From the sequence record NZ_CP049261.1: a DNA stretch of 64,000 nt. One strand, given 5' to 3'. Position 1 is the first letter of the stretch, and the number at the start of each line of letters is the position of its first letter. Source of the stretch: a plasmid. The position numbers and the translations under genes are program-made. Positions 1 to 11,621 of this stretch are shown piece after piece. The notes beneath the pieces were generated by a model. The model saw only the letters and a program-made list of their open reading frames with translations, had not been told where the DNA came from and made no database searches.

Positions 1-843
1 GGCACGGGCGGGATCGAGCTGGCGCTCACGCGTCAGGTAGTGACGCAGCCGTTTCACCGCGCCGGACTCCGCGGCCACCCAGGCGCGAAACGCCCCTGCC
101 CCGCCAGCACGCTGCCAGATGAGCGTTTCTTCGTCGTCATCTTCGGTCACCTGCGCCGACACCTGCCCGCTTACGGGTAACGTCGCGGCGTCTTTCACCG
201 CTTCCAGCAGGCGCTCGCCATGCGCCGCGTTTTCATCACGCGCCAGCCAGTGAATATCGGCAAAGGGGTAACGCAGCGGCTGGATATCCTGCGCCAGCGG
301 CACTTCCAGAAACGCCTGGACGCGCGGCGGCGCAGGCTGGCGCGCGAGCTGTTCAAGGATGCCGAGCGCGGCGGGCAGCGCGGTTTCATCGGCCACCAGC
401 AGCGCCTGACGAAGGGCGTCGTCAGTGCTCCATTCATAGCCGCCGCTGTCGCCAGGGAAATCACGATCCGGCGCGACGACTTGCAGCGTATCGCCTGGTG
501 CTGCGTTCATCGCCCAGCGCGACGCCGGGCCGTTGTCGCCATGAAGGACGAACTCGACATCCAGCTCGCACGCCTCTCTGCGCAGCGCGCGCAGCGTGTA
601 GGTGCGCATAAAAGGCCGCCGCTCGCGCGGCAGCGCCAGATAATCCTGATACCAGCTGTCGCTCACCGGCAGCCGGGCGGTGTTGCCGTCGGGTCTGGCG
701 AACATCAGCTTGATGCGCTGATCGGGCGCTTCATGTTTCATGTGCGCCACGTCCGGACCGGTAAACACGCAGCGCAGCAGCGAAGGGGTGACAGCAATGC
801 GACGGCGCAGCGTCACGTTAAAAATGCGGTAACTGGCGGTCAT
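1..843 (-). CDS. siderophore-interacting protein (SIP/FAD-binding-9, ViuB/YqjH-like ferric-siderophore reductase); 3' end outside window
   Basis: Manual translation from ATG 843-841: MTASYRIFNVTLRRRIAVTPSLLRCVFTGPDVAHMKHEAPDQRIKLMF...GGYEWSTDDALRQALLVADETALPA...; no stop before window start; ATGA overlap with upstream MFS stop. Confidence 0.8.
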   Translation of the reverse strand, partial: MTASYRIFNVTLRRRIAVTPSLLRCVFTGPDVAHMKHEAPDQRIKLMFARPDGNTARLPVSDSWYQDYLALPRERRPFMRTYTLRALRREACELDVEFVLHGDNGPASRWAMNAAPGDTLQVVAPDRDFPGDSGGYEWSTDDALRQALLVADETALPAALGILEQLARQPAPPRVQAFLEVPLAQDIQPLRYPFADIHWLARDENAAHGERLLEAVKDAATLPVSGQVSAQVTEDDDEETLIWQRAGGAGAFRAWVAAESGAVKRLRHYLTRERQLDPARA

Positions 844-2070
844 ACGGCAGGCTCCTGCGGCGCGGCGTGACGCCAGACGCCGATGCTTAACAGTAAAAAC
901 AGCGCGGCGGCGATAAAGGCGGCAGCAATCAGCATGTGCTCGCCAAACCAGAGAGAAATCACCGGCACCAGCAGGGCGCTGGCACCGTAACCGAGCGTGT
1001 GGCTGGTGGCGATAACCCCCGCGCCTTTACCGGTGGTGAGACGGTCATTCAGCAACACCTGATAGCCAGGCGTCGCCATCGCCGCGCCGAAAGAGGTCAC
1101 GGCGATACCGGCGTAAAAGGCAATAAGCCCCGGCAGGATCATCAGCAGCAGACCGGCGGCCATCAGTACCGCCGCCGCCAGCAGCAGCGCGCGCGGCTGA
1201 AGGCGCTGCGGGCGCACCACCAGGAACTGCGCCAGCAGCGTGCTCGCCGCCGCCAGGCTTAACAGCAGCGCCACGTGATGGCTAACGGCACGGAGATCGC
1301 CATGAAACAGCGGCCTCAGATGCGGCGACAGGCCGAGCTGCATCAGGCTGATCGCGGCGGCCAGCAGTAACGCGAGCAAAAGGAAAGGCAGCATATCCGC
1401 ACGCAGGCGCGCCGACTGGTGCGCCACGGGCGCAAGCGGCGGATCGTTATGCTGGCGCGCCACCAGCAGCAGCGCGATAAAGGGCGCGAGCGCCATCAGC
1501 CAGAGCGGCATCTGCGGGTGGACGCTCAGCGCGGCGGCGGCCAGCGGCGGGCCGATAAGACGCCCGCAGCTCAGCCCGGAACTGATGGAAGCAAGCGCCG
1601 CGAGCCGGTGCTCCATGCCCGCCCGCTGCATGGCCCACGTCTGCGCGGCGGGCACCATGCCGGAAACCGTCAGGCCGTAAAGCGCGCGCGAGACAATCAG
1701 CCCGGCAAGCCCTGAGGCAGCGCCGACCACGCCGCGCGCCATCCCCAGACCACCAGCGCCATCACGGCGAAACTCAGCAGATAGCCGCCGAGCGCCGCCA
1801 CGACCACAAATTTACAGCCACGTATTTCCGTCTGGCGTCCCCACCAGGGCGATCCGGCAGAAACAGCATCGAGCCGAACATTAGCAGGCCGGCCCAGACG
1901 GAGAGCGACAGTCCCGTCATCTGCACCAGTTGGGGTAACACCACCAGCAAACCATTCTGCCCGATCCCGAGCAGACCCGCGCACAGCGCCAGCGGCCAGA
2001 GCGATTGTCCTGTGCGGCGGCGTGTACAGCGTGAGAAGAAGCATCCATAAGCAGGTAAATATATTGTCAA
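840..2070 (-). CDS. shiF: MFS transporter, ShiF-like (divergent from iucA), frameshifted near 1745-1775
   Basis: ORFs 840..1742 and 1774..2070 are the C- and N-terminal parts of one 12-TM MFS protein (LLGIGQNGLLVVLPQLV...); position divergent from iucA as in SHI-2/pColV. Confidence 0.6.
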
Positions 2071-2140
2071 TAAAGATGAGGGAATTATGAATTAATGAAA
2101 ACAAATATTGCAAAATAGTTGCCACTGTAAATAGAATCCC

Positions 2141-2166
2141 TATCATAACGATAATCATTATCAACA
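2141..2166. promoter_or_regulatory. Fur box in divergent shiF/iucA promoter
   Basis: GATAATCATTATC at 2150-2162 in an AT-rich 110-bp intergenic region, 20 bp upstream of iucA ATG. Confidence 0.7.
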
Positions 2167-2181
2167 AAGGATGTGTTTGTT

Positions 2182-3914
2182 ATGGTTTCCCTGCCCCGCC
2201 CTGCCGCGACAGATGTTGCGGCTCAGTGTTTTCTTAACGCGCTGCTGCGTGAAACCGGGACTGGCAACTGATCCCCGGCGCATTACCGCAGGAGCCGGCG
2301 CAGATCCATTTACCGCTCTCTGAGACGCAGGCAATCCGCATTGCGCTGCGCTACTTCTCCCGACGCAACATCATCAGTATCTGTTTCCGGCAATGCTGGT
2401 GGCAAGCGATAACGATAGCTGCGAAGCCGTTGATTTCACGCAGCTTGTCGACCTCATTCTGGCGAAGCCCGCCGTAAAAGGCGAACTGACCGATGACGTG
2501 CTGGCCCGTTTTGCGCGCCGCGTTCAGGAGAGCCACCGCCATACCTGGCAGGCGATTGAACTGCGTCACGACTGGGCCACGCTTCGCGCGCAGCCGCTCA
2601 ACTTTGCAGAGGCTGAACAGGCGCTGCTGGTCGGGCATGCGTTTCACCCGGCACCGAAATCGCACGAGCCGTTTAATGAGACCGAAGCCCGCCGCTATCT
2701 GCCGGATTTCGCGCCACGCTTTCCGCTGCGCTGGTTTGCGGTGAATAAGGCGTATGTGGCAGGCGAGAGCCTGGCGTTAAATCTGCGTACGCGTCTGCTG
2801 CGTTTTCGCGGCCCAGAGCGCGCCTGCGCTGCTTGAGCTCTTTACCGATACACGCTGGCTGGTGCCGATGCACCCGTGGCAGGCCGAGTATCTGCTCGCG
2901 CAACCCGGGTGCCAGGCGCTGGTGAGAAGGGCGAGCTTACCGATCTGGGCGAAGCGGGCGCGCCGTGGCTGCCGACCAGTTCATCGCGTTCGCTTTACAG
3001 CGAACCAATAACGACATGATCAAATTCTCGCTCAGCGTGCGCCTCACCAACTCGGTGCGCACGCTGTCGGTGAAAGAAGTGAAACGCGGCATGCGTCTGG
3101 CGCGGATGGCGCAGACTCCCGCTGGCAGGCGTTGCAGGCGCGCTACCCGACGATGCGCGTCATGCAGGAAGATGGCTGGGTGGGCCTTTGCGACACGCAG
3201 GGACTATTCAGGAAGAGAGCCTGATGGCGCTGCGCGTCAATCTGCTGTTCGACACGCCAGAAACACAGACCAACGTGCTGGTGAGCCTGACTCAGGCCGC
3301 GCCGGACGGCGGCGACAGCCTGCTGGCCTGCGCCGTGCGCCGCCTCAGTGAACGCCTCAGCCTGCCGCTCGCACAGGCGGCGCGCTGCTGGGTGCAGGCG
3401 TACTGCGAACGCATTCTGCTGCCGCTTTTCAGCGCCGAAGCCGATTACGGCCTGGTGCTGCTGGCGCATCAGCAAAACATTCTGGTGGAGATGCAGCAGG
3501 ATCTGCCGGTCGGCCTGATTTATCGCGACTGTCAGGGCAGCGGGTTCACCGATGGCGCGCTGCTGTGGCTTGCGGAGGCCGGCGAGCCGGAAGCGGAAAA
3601 CCGCTTCAGCGAAGCCCAGCTGCTGCGCTACTTCCCGTATTACCTGCTGGTGAATTCCACGCTGGCGGTGACCGCCGCGCTGGGTGCCGCCGGGTTGAGA
3701 GCGAAGAAAACCTGATGGCGCTGGTGCGTGACGCGCTCGCGCAACTGCGAGCCACCGCGCGCGACACCCGCTGTCTCGATTATGTGCTGGAGAGCCGCCA
3801 CTGGAACTGCAAGGGCAACTTCTTCTGCTATCTGCACGATCACAATGAAAACACCATCGCCGACCGGCGGTCATCTACTTTAACTTCGACAATCCGTTGC
3901 AGGAGCACGCATGA
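2182..3914 (+). CDS. iucA: aerobactin synthase IucA (IucA/IucC family), several frameshifts
   Basis: MVSLPRPAATDVAAQCFLNALL..., GHAFHPAPKSHEPF, MHPWQAEYLL, LLAHQQNILVEMQ, end NFDNPLQEHA; segments in three frames; one indel at C-run ~2358-2362. Confidence 0.85.
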
Positions 3915-4856
3915 TGCCTGAAGCGCACATTGTTCATGACGGTTACGGTTTTCGCTGCGCGACGCTCAATCTGGCGCTGCCGCTGACCCTCGGGCTTGAC
4001 GGCAGCGCCGTACTGCATCATCCGGGCGACGTGCCAGACGGGTGGCTGGCGGCCGCTCTCGATCAGTTGTTTGTCGCGGCGCCTGCCCTCACGGGCATTA
4101 CGCTGCCGTGGCGCAGTGGCGCGATGAGCCGCAGGCGCAGGCGCTGTTTGACGCCGTGCAGTGCGATTATCTGGCGCGCGACACGTTCTGGCAGCTGCCG
4201 CTGTGGCTGCGCGGCGAACGCATCGCCGCACGTGCGGGAATACAGTTTGACGAGACGCGCCAGCTCGCGTTCCCGGCGCGTCCGCCGCGCCAGAAGGCGA
4301 CGTCTATCGCCGCTACGATCCGCAAATCAAACGCATGCTCAGTTTCCGCGTGGCGGATGTGTCGCAGATGCGGAGCGTTTACCCGCTGGATGAACGCGCC
4401 GCGCGTGAACGCCTTCTGGGAGATGGCCGGGCCGCAGGCGGAGCAGGAAAAATATCTGCGTAAGCAGCTCGACGCGACGTACTGCTACCCGCTGATCGGC
4501 TGCTTCGACGACGAACCTTTCGGCTATTTGAAATTTACTGGGCTGCGGAAGACCGTATCGGCCGCCACTACCGCTGGCAGCCGTTCGATCGCGGGCTGCA
4601 CATGCTGGTCGGCGAAGAGCAGTGGCGCGGCGCGCAGTACATCCGCAGCTGGCTGCGCGGGCTCAGCCACTATCTGTGGCTGGACGAGCCGCGCACGCAG
4701 CGTCTGGTGGCGGAACCGCGCTTCGATAACCAGCGTCTGTTCCGCCATCTGCCGGTCGCCGGTTTTGAAACCGTGAAAGAGTTCGATTTCCCGCACAAGC
4801 GCTCGCGGCTGGTGATGAGCCAGCGCAGCCGTTTCTTCAGCGAGGTGGGACTATGA
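3911..4856 (+). CDS. iucB: N6-hydroxylysine O-acetyltransferase IucB, frameshifted
   Basis: MMPEAHIVHDGYGFRC...PLIGCFDDEPFGYL...LVGEEQWRGAQYIRSWLRG...FDFPHKRSRLVMS; ATGA overlaps with iucA and iucC. Confidence 0.85.
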
Positions 4857-6591
4857 CGGCCTTGCTTTGGGAGCGCGTAAACCGCGAGATGGTGGCGAAA
4901 ATGCTCGCCGAGCTGGAATATGAACGCACGCTGACGGCGCAGGAGACAGACGCAGAACGCTGGACGATTGCGCTTGGCGATGAGACCTGGACATTTGACG
5001 CGAAGCGCGGCATCTGGGGCTGGCTGCATATCAACCGGCGACGCTCGCAAACGAAAGCGGCAGCGCCATTGAGGCTGAAAGCGCCCTGCGCCAGCTGGCC
5101 GTGTGCTGAAAATGAGCGATGCGCAGACGGCGGAGCATCTCGAAGATCTCTATGCCACGCTCAGGGGCGATATGCAGTTGCTCCAGGCTCGTGAAGGCTA
5201 AACGCCGACGCGCTTGTCGATATGGATCCGGATGAACTGCAGTGCCTGATGTCAGGCCATCCGAAATTTATCTTCAACAAAGGGCGTCGCGGCTGGGGCT
5301 GGATGCGCTGAAGGCTTACGCGCCGGAATACCGTGGCCGTTTTCGCCTGCACTGGGTGGCGGTACGCCGTGACCTGATGATCTGGAGCAGCGACGCCGAC
5401 TGCGACATCAATAACCTGCTGGCAAGCGCGATGGACGACAGCGAACGCCAGCGTTTTACCCGTTACTGGCAGGCGCTCACTCTGGATGACCACTGGCTGC
5501 CGGTGCCGCTGCATCCGTGGCAGTGGCAGCAGAAAATCGCCCTGCATTTCCTGCCGCAGCTGGCGCGTGGTGAAATTATCGATCTCGGCGTGTTTGGCGA
5601 TGAATACATCGCCCAGCAGTCGCTGCGCACGCTGACCAACGTCAGTCGCCGCTCGGCGTTCGATATCAAACTGCCGCTCACCATTTACAACACCTCCTGC
5701 TATCGCGGCATTCCCGGCAAATACATCGCCGCGGGCCGCTCGCCTCGCGCTGGCTGCAACAGCAGTTCGCCGCTGATAAAACGCTGCTGGCACTGGGCGC
5801 GCAGATCCTCGGCGAGCCTGCGGCCGGTTACGTGACCCACACGGGCTACGCTGCCCTGCAAACCGCGCCCTATCGCTATCAGGAGATGTTTGGCGTGATC
5901 TGGCGGGAAAACCCCTCCTGCTGGCTGCGCCCTGGCGAACAGGCCGTGCTAATGCCGCGCTGATGGAAACCGACAACGCGGGCCGTCCGCTGATTGACGC
6001 GTGGATCGCCCGCTCGGGCCTGAGCGCCGAAGCGTGGCTTTCACAGCTCTTCCGCGTGGTTGTTATTCCTTTTATCACTTGTTGTGCCGCTACGGCGTGG
6101 CGATGATCGCCCACGGCCAGAACGTGACGCTGGTGATGAAAGACCATGTGCCGCAGCGCATTCTGCTGAAGGATTTCCAGGGCGATATGCGTCTTGTGGA
6201 TGAAACGTTCCCGGAAATGGAGAGCCTGCCCGAGCCGGTCAAAGCCGTCACGGCGCGCCTTTCTGCTGATTACATTATTCACGATTTACAGACCGGGCAT
6301 TTTGTTACGGTGCTGCGTTTTGTTTCGCGCCTGACTGAACAATGCGGCGTCAGCGAAACCCGGTTCTATCGCCTGCTCGCGGACGTGCTGCAGGACTATA
6401 TGGCCGCGCACCCGGAGATGGCGGCGCGCTTCGCGCTGTTTGATCTCTTTAAACCGCAGATCATTCGCGTGGTGCTGAACCCGGTAAAGCTCACTTTCTC
6501 AGAGCATGACGGCGGCAGCCGCATGTTGCCCAATTACCTCACCGATCTTGATAACCCGCTGTATCTGGTCACCAGGGAGACCGCATCATGA
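4853..6591 (+). CDS. iucC: aerobactin synthase IucC, frameshifted
   Basis: MTALLWERVNREMVAKMLAELEYE..., HPWQWQQKIALHF, LPLTIYNTSCYRGIPGKYIAAG, YHLLCRYGVAMIAHGQNVTLVMKD...NPLYLVTRE. Confidence 0.85.
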
Positions 6592-7905
6592 AAACGTACG
6601 ATTTCATCGGCATTGGCATCGGCCCGTTCAATCTCAGCATCGCCGCGCTCGCCGAAGGCTTGACGGCTTCAGCTCGCTGTTTCTTGAACGCAAACCGCAC
6701 TTCTCCTGGCATCCGGCATGATGGTGCCGGACTGCCATATGCAGACCAGTTTCCTGAAAGATCTGGTCAGCGCGGTGGAGCCAACCAACCGTTACAGTTT
6801 TCTGAATTACCTGGTGCAGCGTAAAAAGTTTTACCGTTTCCTGACCACCGAACAGCGCACGGTGTCCGCGAAGAGTTCGCCGATTACCTCTGCTGGGCGG
6901 CGGATAACCTGAGCAATCTGTCGTTCAGCCAGCAGGTGCAGCAGGTGAGTTTTAACGAGGCCAGCGGGCTGTTTGAAGTGGTGACCCAGCGCGATCGTTT
7001 CTTCGCACGCCACGTCTGCATGGGCATCGGCAAACAGATTAACCTGCCCGACTGTGTGCCGGCGCAGAACGACAGTTGCTTCCACGCCAGCGAAATGATG
7101 CTGCGTACGCCATCGCTTGCCGGTAAGCGCGTCACGGTCGTTGGCGGCGGCCAGAGCGGCGCCGATCTGTTCCTGAATATTTTCCGCGGCGAGTGGGCCA
7201 GCCCGCGGCACTGAACTGGGTGTCGCGCCGCAACAATTACAACGCGCTCGATGAAGCCGCGTTCGCGAATGAATATTTCACGCCGGAATACCTTGAAAGC
7301 TTTGCCACGCTCGATGAGAAAACGCGCTGCGATCTGCTCGCCGAACAGAAGATGACGTCTGACGGCGTGACCTGCGAATCGCTGCTCGCTATCTATCGCG
7401 CCATGTACCACCGCTTTGAAGTGCTGCGTGAAAAACCCTGGGCGCAGCTGCTGCCGTCGCGCTCGGTCACCCGCGTGACGTCACAGGCGCAGGGCCAGCG
7501 TCTGTCGCTGCGCCATCATCTGGACGGCGGCCAGGAAACGCTGGATACCGATGTGGTGATTTTCGCGACCGGCTATCGCCCTGCCCGTCCGGCGTTCCTC
7601 GCCCGCTGGCGCATCGGCTGGAGCTGGACGAACGCGAAGGCTTCCGGGTTAATACCGATTTCACGCTGGCGTGGAACGGCCCCGGCGCAAACCATCTTTT
7701 TGCCGTCAATGCCGGGATGCACAGCCTCGGCATTGCGGAACCCCAGCTCAGCCTGATGGCCTGGCGGGCCGCGCGCATTCTCAATGTCGCGCACCCTGAT
7801 GCGCCGTTTGAACTGAGCACCACCCCTGGCGTGATCCAGTGGCTTTCCCGGCCGGAAACGGTCACCCGCCAGGTTTCTCAACCTGTAAACAGCACTGACT
7901 ACTAA
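6588..7905 (+). CDS. iucD: L-lysine N6-monooxygenase IucD, frameshifted
   Basis: MKTYDFIGIGIGPFNLSIAAL, HFSWHPAMMVPDCHMQTSFLKDLVSAV, VVGGGQSGADLF, GIAEPQLSLMAWRAARILN. Confidence 0.85.
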
Positions 7906-7927
7906 CAGACTCAGGAACATCATAACA

Positions 7928-10119
7928 ATGAAGCGTCATCATCTTTGGGTATTGAATCCTTGTTTACTTGCCATGATTTCTGCCTCCGCCTGGGGGGCAC
8001 CGCAGAAAGAAGAGACGCTGGTGGTTGCCGCCAGCCGTACCGGACACAGCGCGGCGGATATGGCACAGACCACGTGGGTTATCGAACAGGCTGACATTGA
8101 ACAGCAGGTTCAGGGCGGTAAAGAGTTAAAAGAAGTGCTGGCACAGCTGATCCCCGGCATGGATGTCAGCAGTCAGGGGCGCACCAATTACGGCATGAAC
8201 ATGCGTGGCCGCTCCATGATGGTGATGGTTGACGGCGTGCGTCTGAACTCCTCACGCAGCGACAGCCGCCAGCTGGATTCCATCGATCCGTTTAACATTG
8301 AGCGCATCGAAGTTATCTCCGGTGCGACCTCGCTGTACGGCGGTGGCAGCACCGGCGGTCTTATCAATATCGTGACCAAAAAAGGCCAGCCGGAGACGCA
8401 GGTTGAGTTCCAGACCGGGATGAAAACCGCTTTAACAGCCATAACGATCATGACGAAAATATGGCGGCAGCGGTGAGCGGCGGCAATGACAATGCCTCCG
8501 GGCGTCTGTCCGTCGCCTATCAGCGCTATGGCGGCTGGTACGACGGTAACGGCGATGAATCCATTATCGATAACACCCAGACCGGCCTGCAGTATTCTGA
8601 CCGACTGGACGTGATGGGCACCGGCACGCTCAATATTGATGATCACCAGCAGCTGCAGCTCACCACGCAATACTACAAAAGCCAGTCCGACGGTAAACAC
8701 GGCCTGTTCCTCGGCGAGAATTTCTCAGCGGTCACCGGCAACGGCACCGCCTACAACAAAGGCAATCTGGATTCAGACCGTCTGCCCGGCACTGAACGCC
8801 ACCTGATTAATCTGCAGTATTCAAATTCTGATGCCTGGGCCAGGATCTGGTCGCACAGATTTACTACCGCGATGAGAGCCTGACCTATTACCCGTTCCCG
8901 ACGCTGAACGGCGATAAAACGCGGGTAACCAGCATTGGTGCCTCACAGCAGAAAACGGATTTCTGGGGCGGCAAACTCACAGTCAACAGCAAGCCGCTGG
9001 ATTCCCTTTCTCTGACCTATGGTGTGGATGCCGAGCATGAAACCTTTAATGCCAACCAGCAGTTTTTCGATCTGAATAAAGCGGCCGCCAGCGGCGGCAT
9101 GAAGCTTGATAACGCATATAACGTCGGGCGCTACCCGGATTACAGCATTACGAACCTGGCTCCGTTCCTGCAGGCAAGTTATGACATCGATGCGATCACG
9201 TTAAGCGGCGGTGTGCGCTATCAGTACACCGAGAATAAGGTCGATGATTTTGTCGGTTATACCCAGCAGCAGGGCATCGCCACCGGTAAAGCGACGTCTG
9301 CGGATGCCGTGCCGGGCGGCAAAACGGATTACAACAATCTGCTGTTTAACGCCGGTATTCTCGGCCACCTGAGTGAACGTCAGCAGCTGTGGTTTAACTT
9401 CTCACAGGGGTTCGAACTGCCCGATCTCGCCAAATATTATGGCTCCGGCACCTATCGTCTTGAGAATGGCCACTACCGTTTGCTCAAAAGCGTTAACGTG
9501 AATGACTCGCGTCTGGACGGTATTAAAGTCGACAGCTATGAGCTCGGCTGGCGTTACACCGGCGATAACCTGCGTACCCAGCTCGCGGCGTACTACTCGG
9601 TTTCTGACAAGACCATTAACATTAACAAGACCGATATGACCATCACCCTGGATGACGACAAGCGTCGTATCTATGGGCTTGAAGGCCAGGTCGATTACTT
9701 CTTCAGTGACAGCGCGTGGAGCACCGGCGCGAACTTTAACGCCATCAAATCGGAAACCCGCGTGGACGGCGACTGGAAAAAGCTGACGGTCGACAGCGCC
9801 AGCCGTCTAAAGTCAGCGCCTGGGTTAACTGGGCACCGGATAACTGGACCCTGCGCCTGCAGAGCACCCAGACATTCGATGTGTCTGATGATGCCGGTAA
9901 GAAAATCGACGGCTATAACACGATGGACTTTATCGGCAGCTATGCGCTCCCGGTCGGTAAAATCGCGTTCAGTGTCGAAAACCTGCTGGATAAGGATTAC
10001 ACCACCGTCTGGGTCAGCGCGCGCCAGGATTGTACAGTCCGACTTATGGCTCACCGGATCTCTATACCTACAAAGGCCGCGGTCGTACGTTTGGCCTGAA
10101 TTATTCCGTTCTGTTCTGA
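7928..10119 (+). CDS. iutA: TonB-dependent ferric aerobactin receptor IutA, frameshifted
   Basis: Signal peptide, TonB box region, MAQTTWVIEQADIEQQVQGGKELK, plug domain, C-terminal GRGRTFGLNYSVLF; multiple frames. Confidence 0.85.
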
Positions 10120-10136
10120 TTACCGCCACACCACAC

Positions 10137-10164
10137 AGGCCGCCTGAGCGCGGCCTTTTTTATT
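10137..10164 (+). terminator. rho-independent terminator after iutA
   Basis: AGGCCGC-CTGAGC-GCGGCCT hairpin followed by TTTTTTATT. Confidence 0.7.
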
Positions 10165-10369
10165 GCCGCTTTCTGAAGATGTCTCGCAAAAACGCGCTCG
10201 CCGGCAGGGCTCACCGTAGTGGTTATTGATTTCCGTTCTTTCCGTGTTGTGTGCCTTAGCTTTTGGCTGATAACTCTTCCCGAACTACCTGAAACGATCT
10301 TCTTTTCCCGTCATTTGGGCTTTTCTGCCTTCGCCGTCCGCTGAAATTTCTGGCAGGAAAGGCGTCATA

Positions 10370-10635
10370 AGCATGGCGATTTCACCGTGAAATAATTCAT
10401 AAATACCATTTAAAATCAAATACTTAACCTCATAATCAGCGTGGCGAAATGCGTGAAATTTCAGTACGTGCGGCAGCAGACGTTAACACATCCACTGTAG
10501 AGAGCAGGCGAACAAGTCAGAGGCGATGCTGTGGAATAAAGAAAGGCGAGGCGAATAGTGGCGATTTCACCGTGAAATCCGTTCAGGAAAAAACGTTATT
10601 TCAGGGCGTTAACGGTGAAATCACCATGGCGAGCA
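10370..10635. promoter_or_regulatory. parS: P1-type parS centromere array (boxA ATTTCAC / boxB TCGCCA) with IHF-like site
   Basis: TGGCGATTTCACCGTGAAAT at 10374-10393 and 10559-10578; inverted copy ACGGTGAAATCACCATGGCGA 10612-10632; degenerate copy 10442-10459; AATCAAATACTTA (WATCAANNNNTTR) 10413-10426; directly downstream of parB. Confidence 0.75.
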
Positions 10636-10645
10636 GGCAGCCCGC

Positions 10646-11614
10646 TCAGGAGAGATGCTTCTTCAGAACGCTTTCAATGGCCTGGTCGAGTTCATCCTGT
10701 ACGTCACGCGACAGGCGGTTGAACTCATAGCTGAAGAGTCGTCCTTTAGTGCGCTTACGGGCGAAACGGTCTTTATCAGAGAAACGCCAGAGCGGGGAAA
10801 TAACCGCTTTGTCTTTCGGGCCCGGCGACGTGAGCAGCTCCCCTTCACGCGCGATAATGCGCATGATGCGGTTCTTCACTTCATCTTCCGCCAGATCGGT
10901 GTCTGATAGTACGATATCCACTTCACTGGCGATGGAATCGGTCAGTGTTTTCAGTGCGATGTCATTTTTCAGCAGCGTTTCTTCGACAGCGCTCAGCGTT
11001 TTATAGTCGCTGAATGTCAGCTCGGACTGAACCGGGAAGAACGCCAGCAATTCAGCACAGACCGACGCCGCCTGTAAAGCGCGGGTGACTTTAGCCTGCG
11101 ACAGCCCTTCCTGCTCGGCTATCTCTTTCTGACTCAGGCCTGCGTTTTTCAGCGCCATCAGCCGCAATCCGATTTCACGGATGTTGTGCTCTTTTGCCGT
11201 CTGGATATCTTTGGCGAGCTTGCGCGCCTCTTCTGATGTCAGCGCCGCTTCCGTCACCAGTACAGTCAGACCAGTATGACAGATGAGTGCCGCTGCACGA
11301 CGGCGGGAGCCGTCCAGAATTTCAATACGGTCACCCGCTTTCACGCCAATCGCCGGAAAGAACTGCTGGAATTTCAGCGTGCGGGTGATATCGCGCAGCG
11401 ATTCCGGCGTCAGCGCTGACTGCTCGCGCCCGTTGGTTTCCTGACGAACGAAGGTTTTTTCCGCCACATCCGCAGGCGCGACGCTTTCCAGCCGGAAGGT
11501 GGCTTTACGCCCGGAACTGAGTACAAACACTGACGTGAAAGTTTCAGCGTCCGTGCTCTCTTTAAACGGGGAATGGGTGAGTGTACGGCCAATCGTGACT
11601 CTTTTTGTGCTCAT
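10646..11614 (-). CDS. parB: plasmid partition protein ParB (P1 ParB family)
   Basis: MSTKRVTIGRTL...ILDGSRRRAAAL...GLSQKEIAEQEGLSQAKVTRALQAA...RFARKRTKGRLFSYEFNRLS, closely parallel to phage P1 ParB. Confidence 0.9.
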   Translation of the reverse strand: MSTKRVTIGRTLTHSPFKESTDAETFTSVFVLSSGRKATFRLESVAPADVAEKTFVRQETNGREQSALTPESLRDITRTLKFQQFFPAIGVKAGDRIEILDGSRRRAAALICHTGLTVLVTEAALTSEEARKLAKDIQTAKEHNIREIGLRLMALKNAGLSQKEIAEQEGLSQAKVTRALQAASVCAELLAFFPVQSELTFSDYKTLSAVEETLLKNDIALKTLTDSIASEVDIVLSDTDLAEDEVKNRIMRIIAREGELLTSPGPKDKAVISPLWRFSDKDRFARKRTKGRLFSYEFNRLSRDVQDELDQAIESVLKKHLS

Positions 11615-11621
11615 AGTATTC

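Noticed and set aside
220-870. 216-aa plus-strand ORF
   Set aside because: Antisense to the siderophore-interacting reductase gene, whose minus-strand frame has clear family homology; an Arg/Ala-rich artefact of high GC.
1697-2167. 156-aa minus-strand ORF spanning the shiF/iucA intergenic region
   Set aside because: Out of frame with the shiF N-terminal segment and runs through the Fur-box promoter; a frameshift artefact.
3143-3874. 243-aa minus-strand ORF
   Set aside because: Lies antisense inside iucA; typical high-GC shadow ORF.
5161-6282. 373-aa minus-strand ORF
   Set aside because: Antisense to iucC; low-complexity Arg/Ala-rich translation; no start context.
10449-10730. Small ORFs within the parS region
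   Set aside because: They overlap the boxA/boxB repeats and the parB 3' end; no SD and no coding signal.
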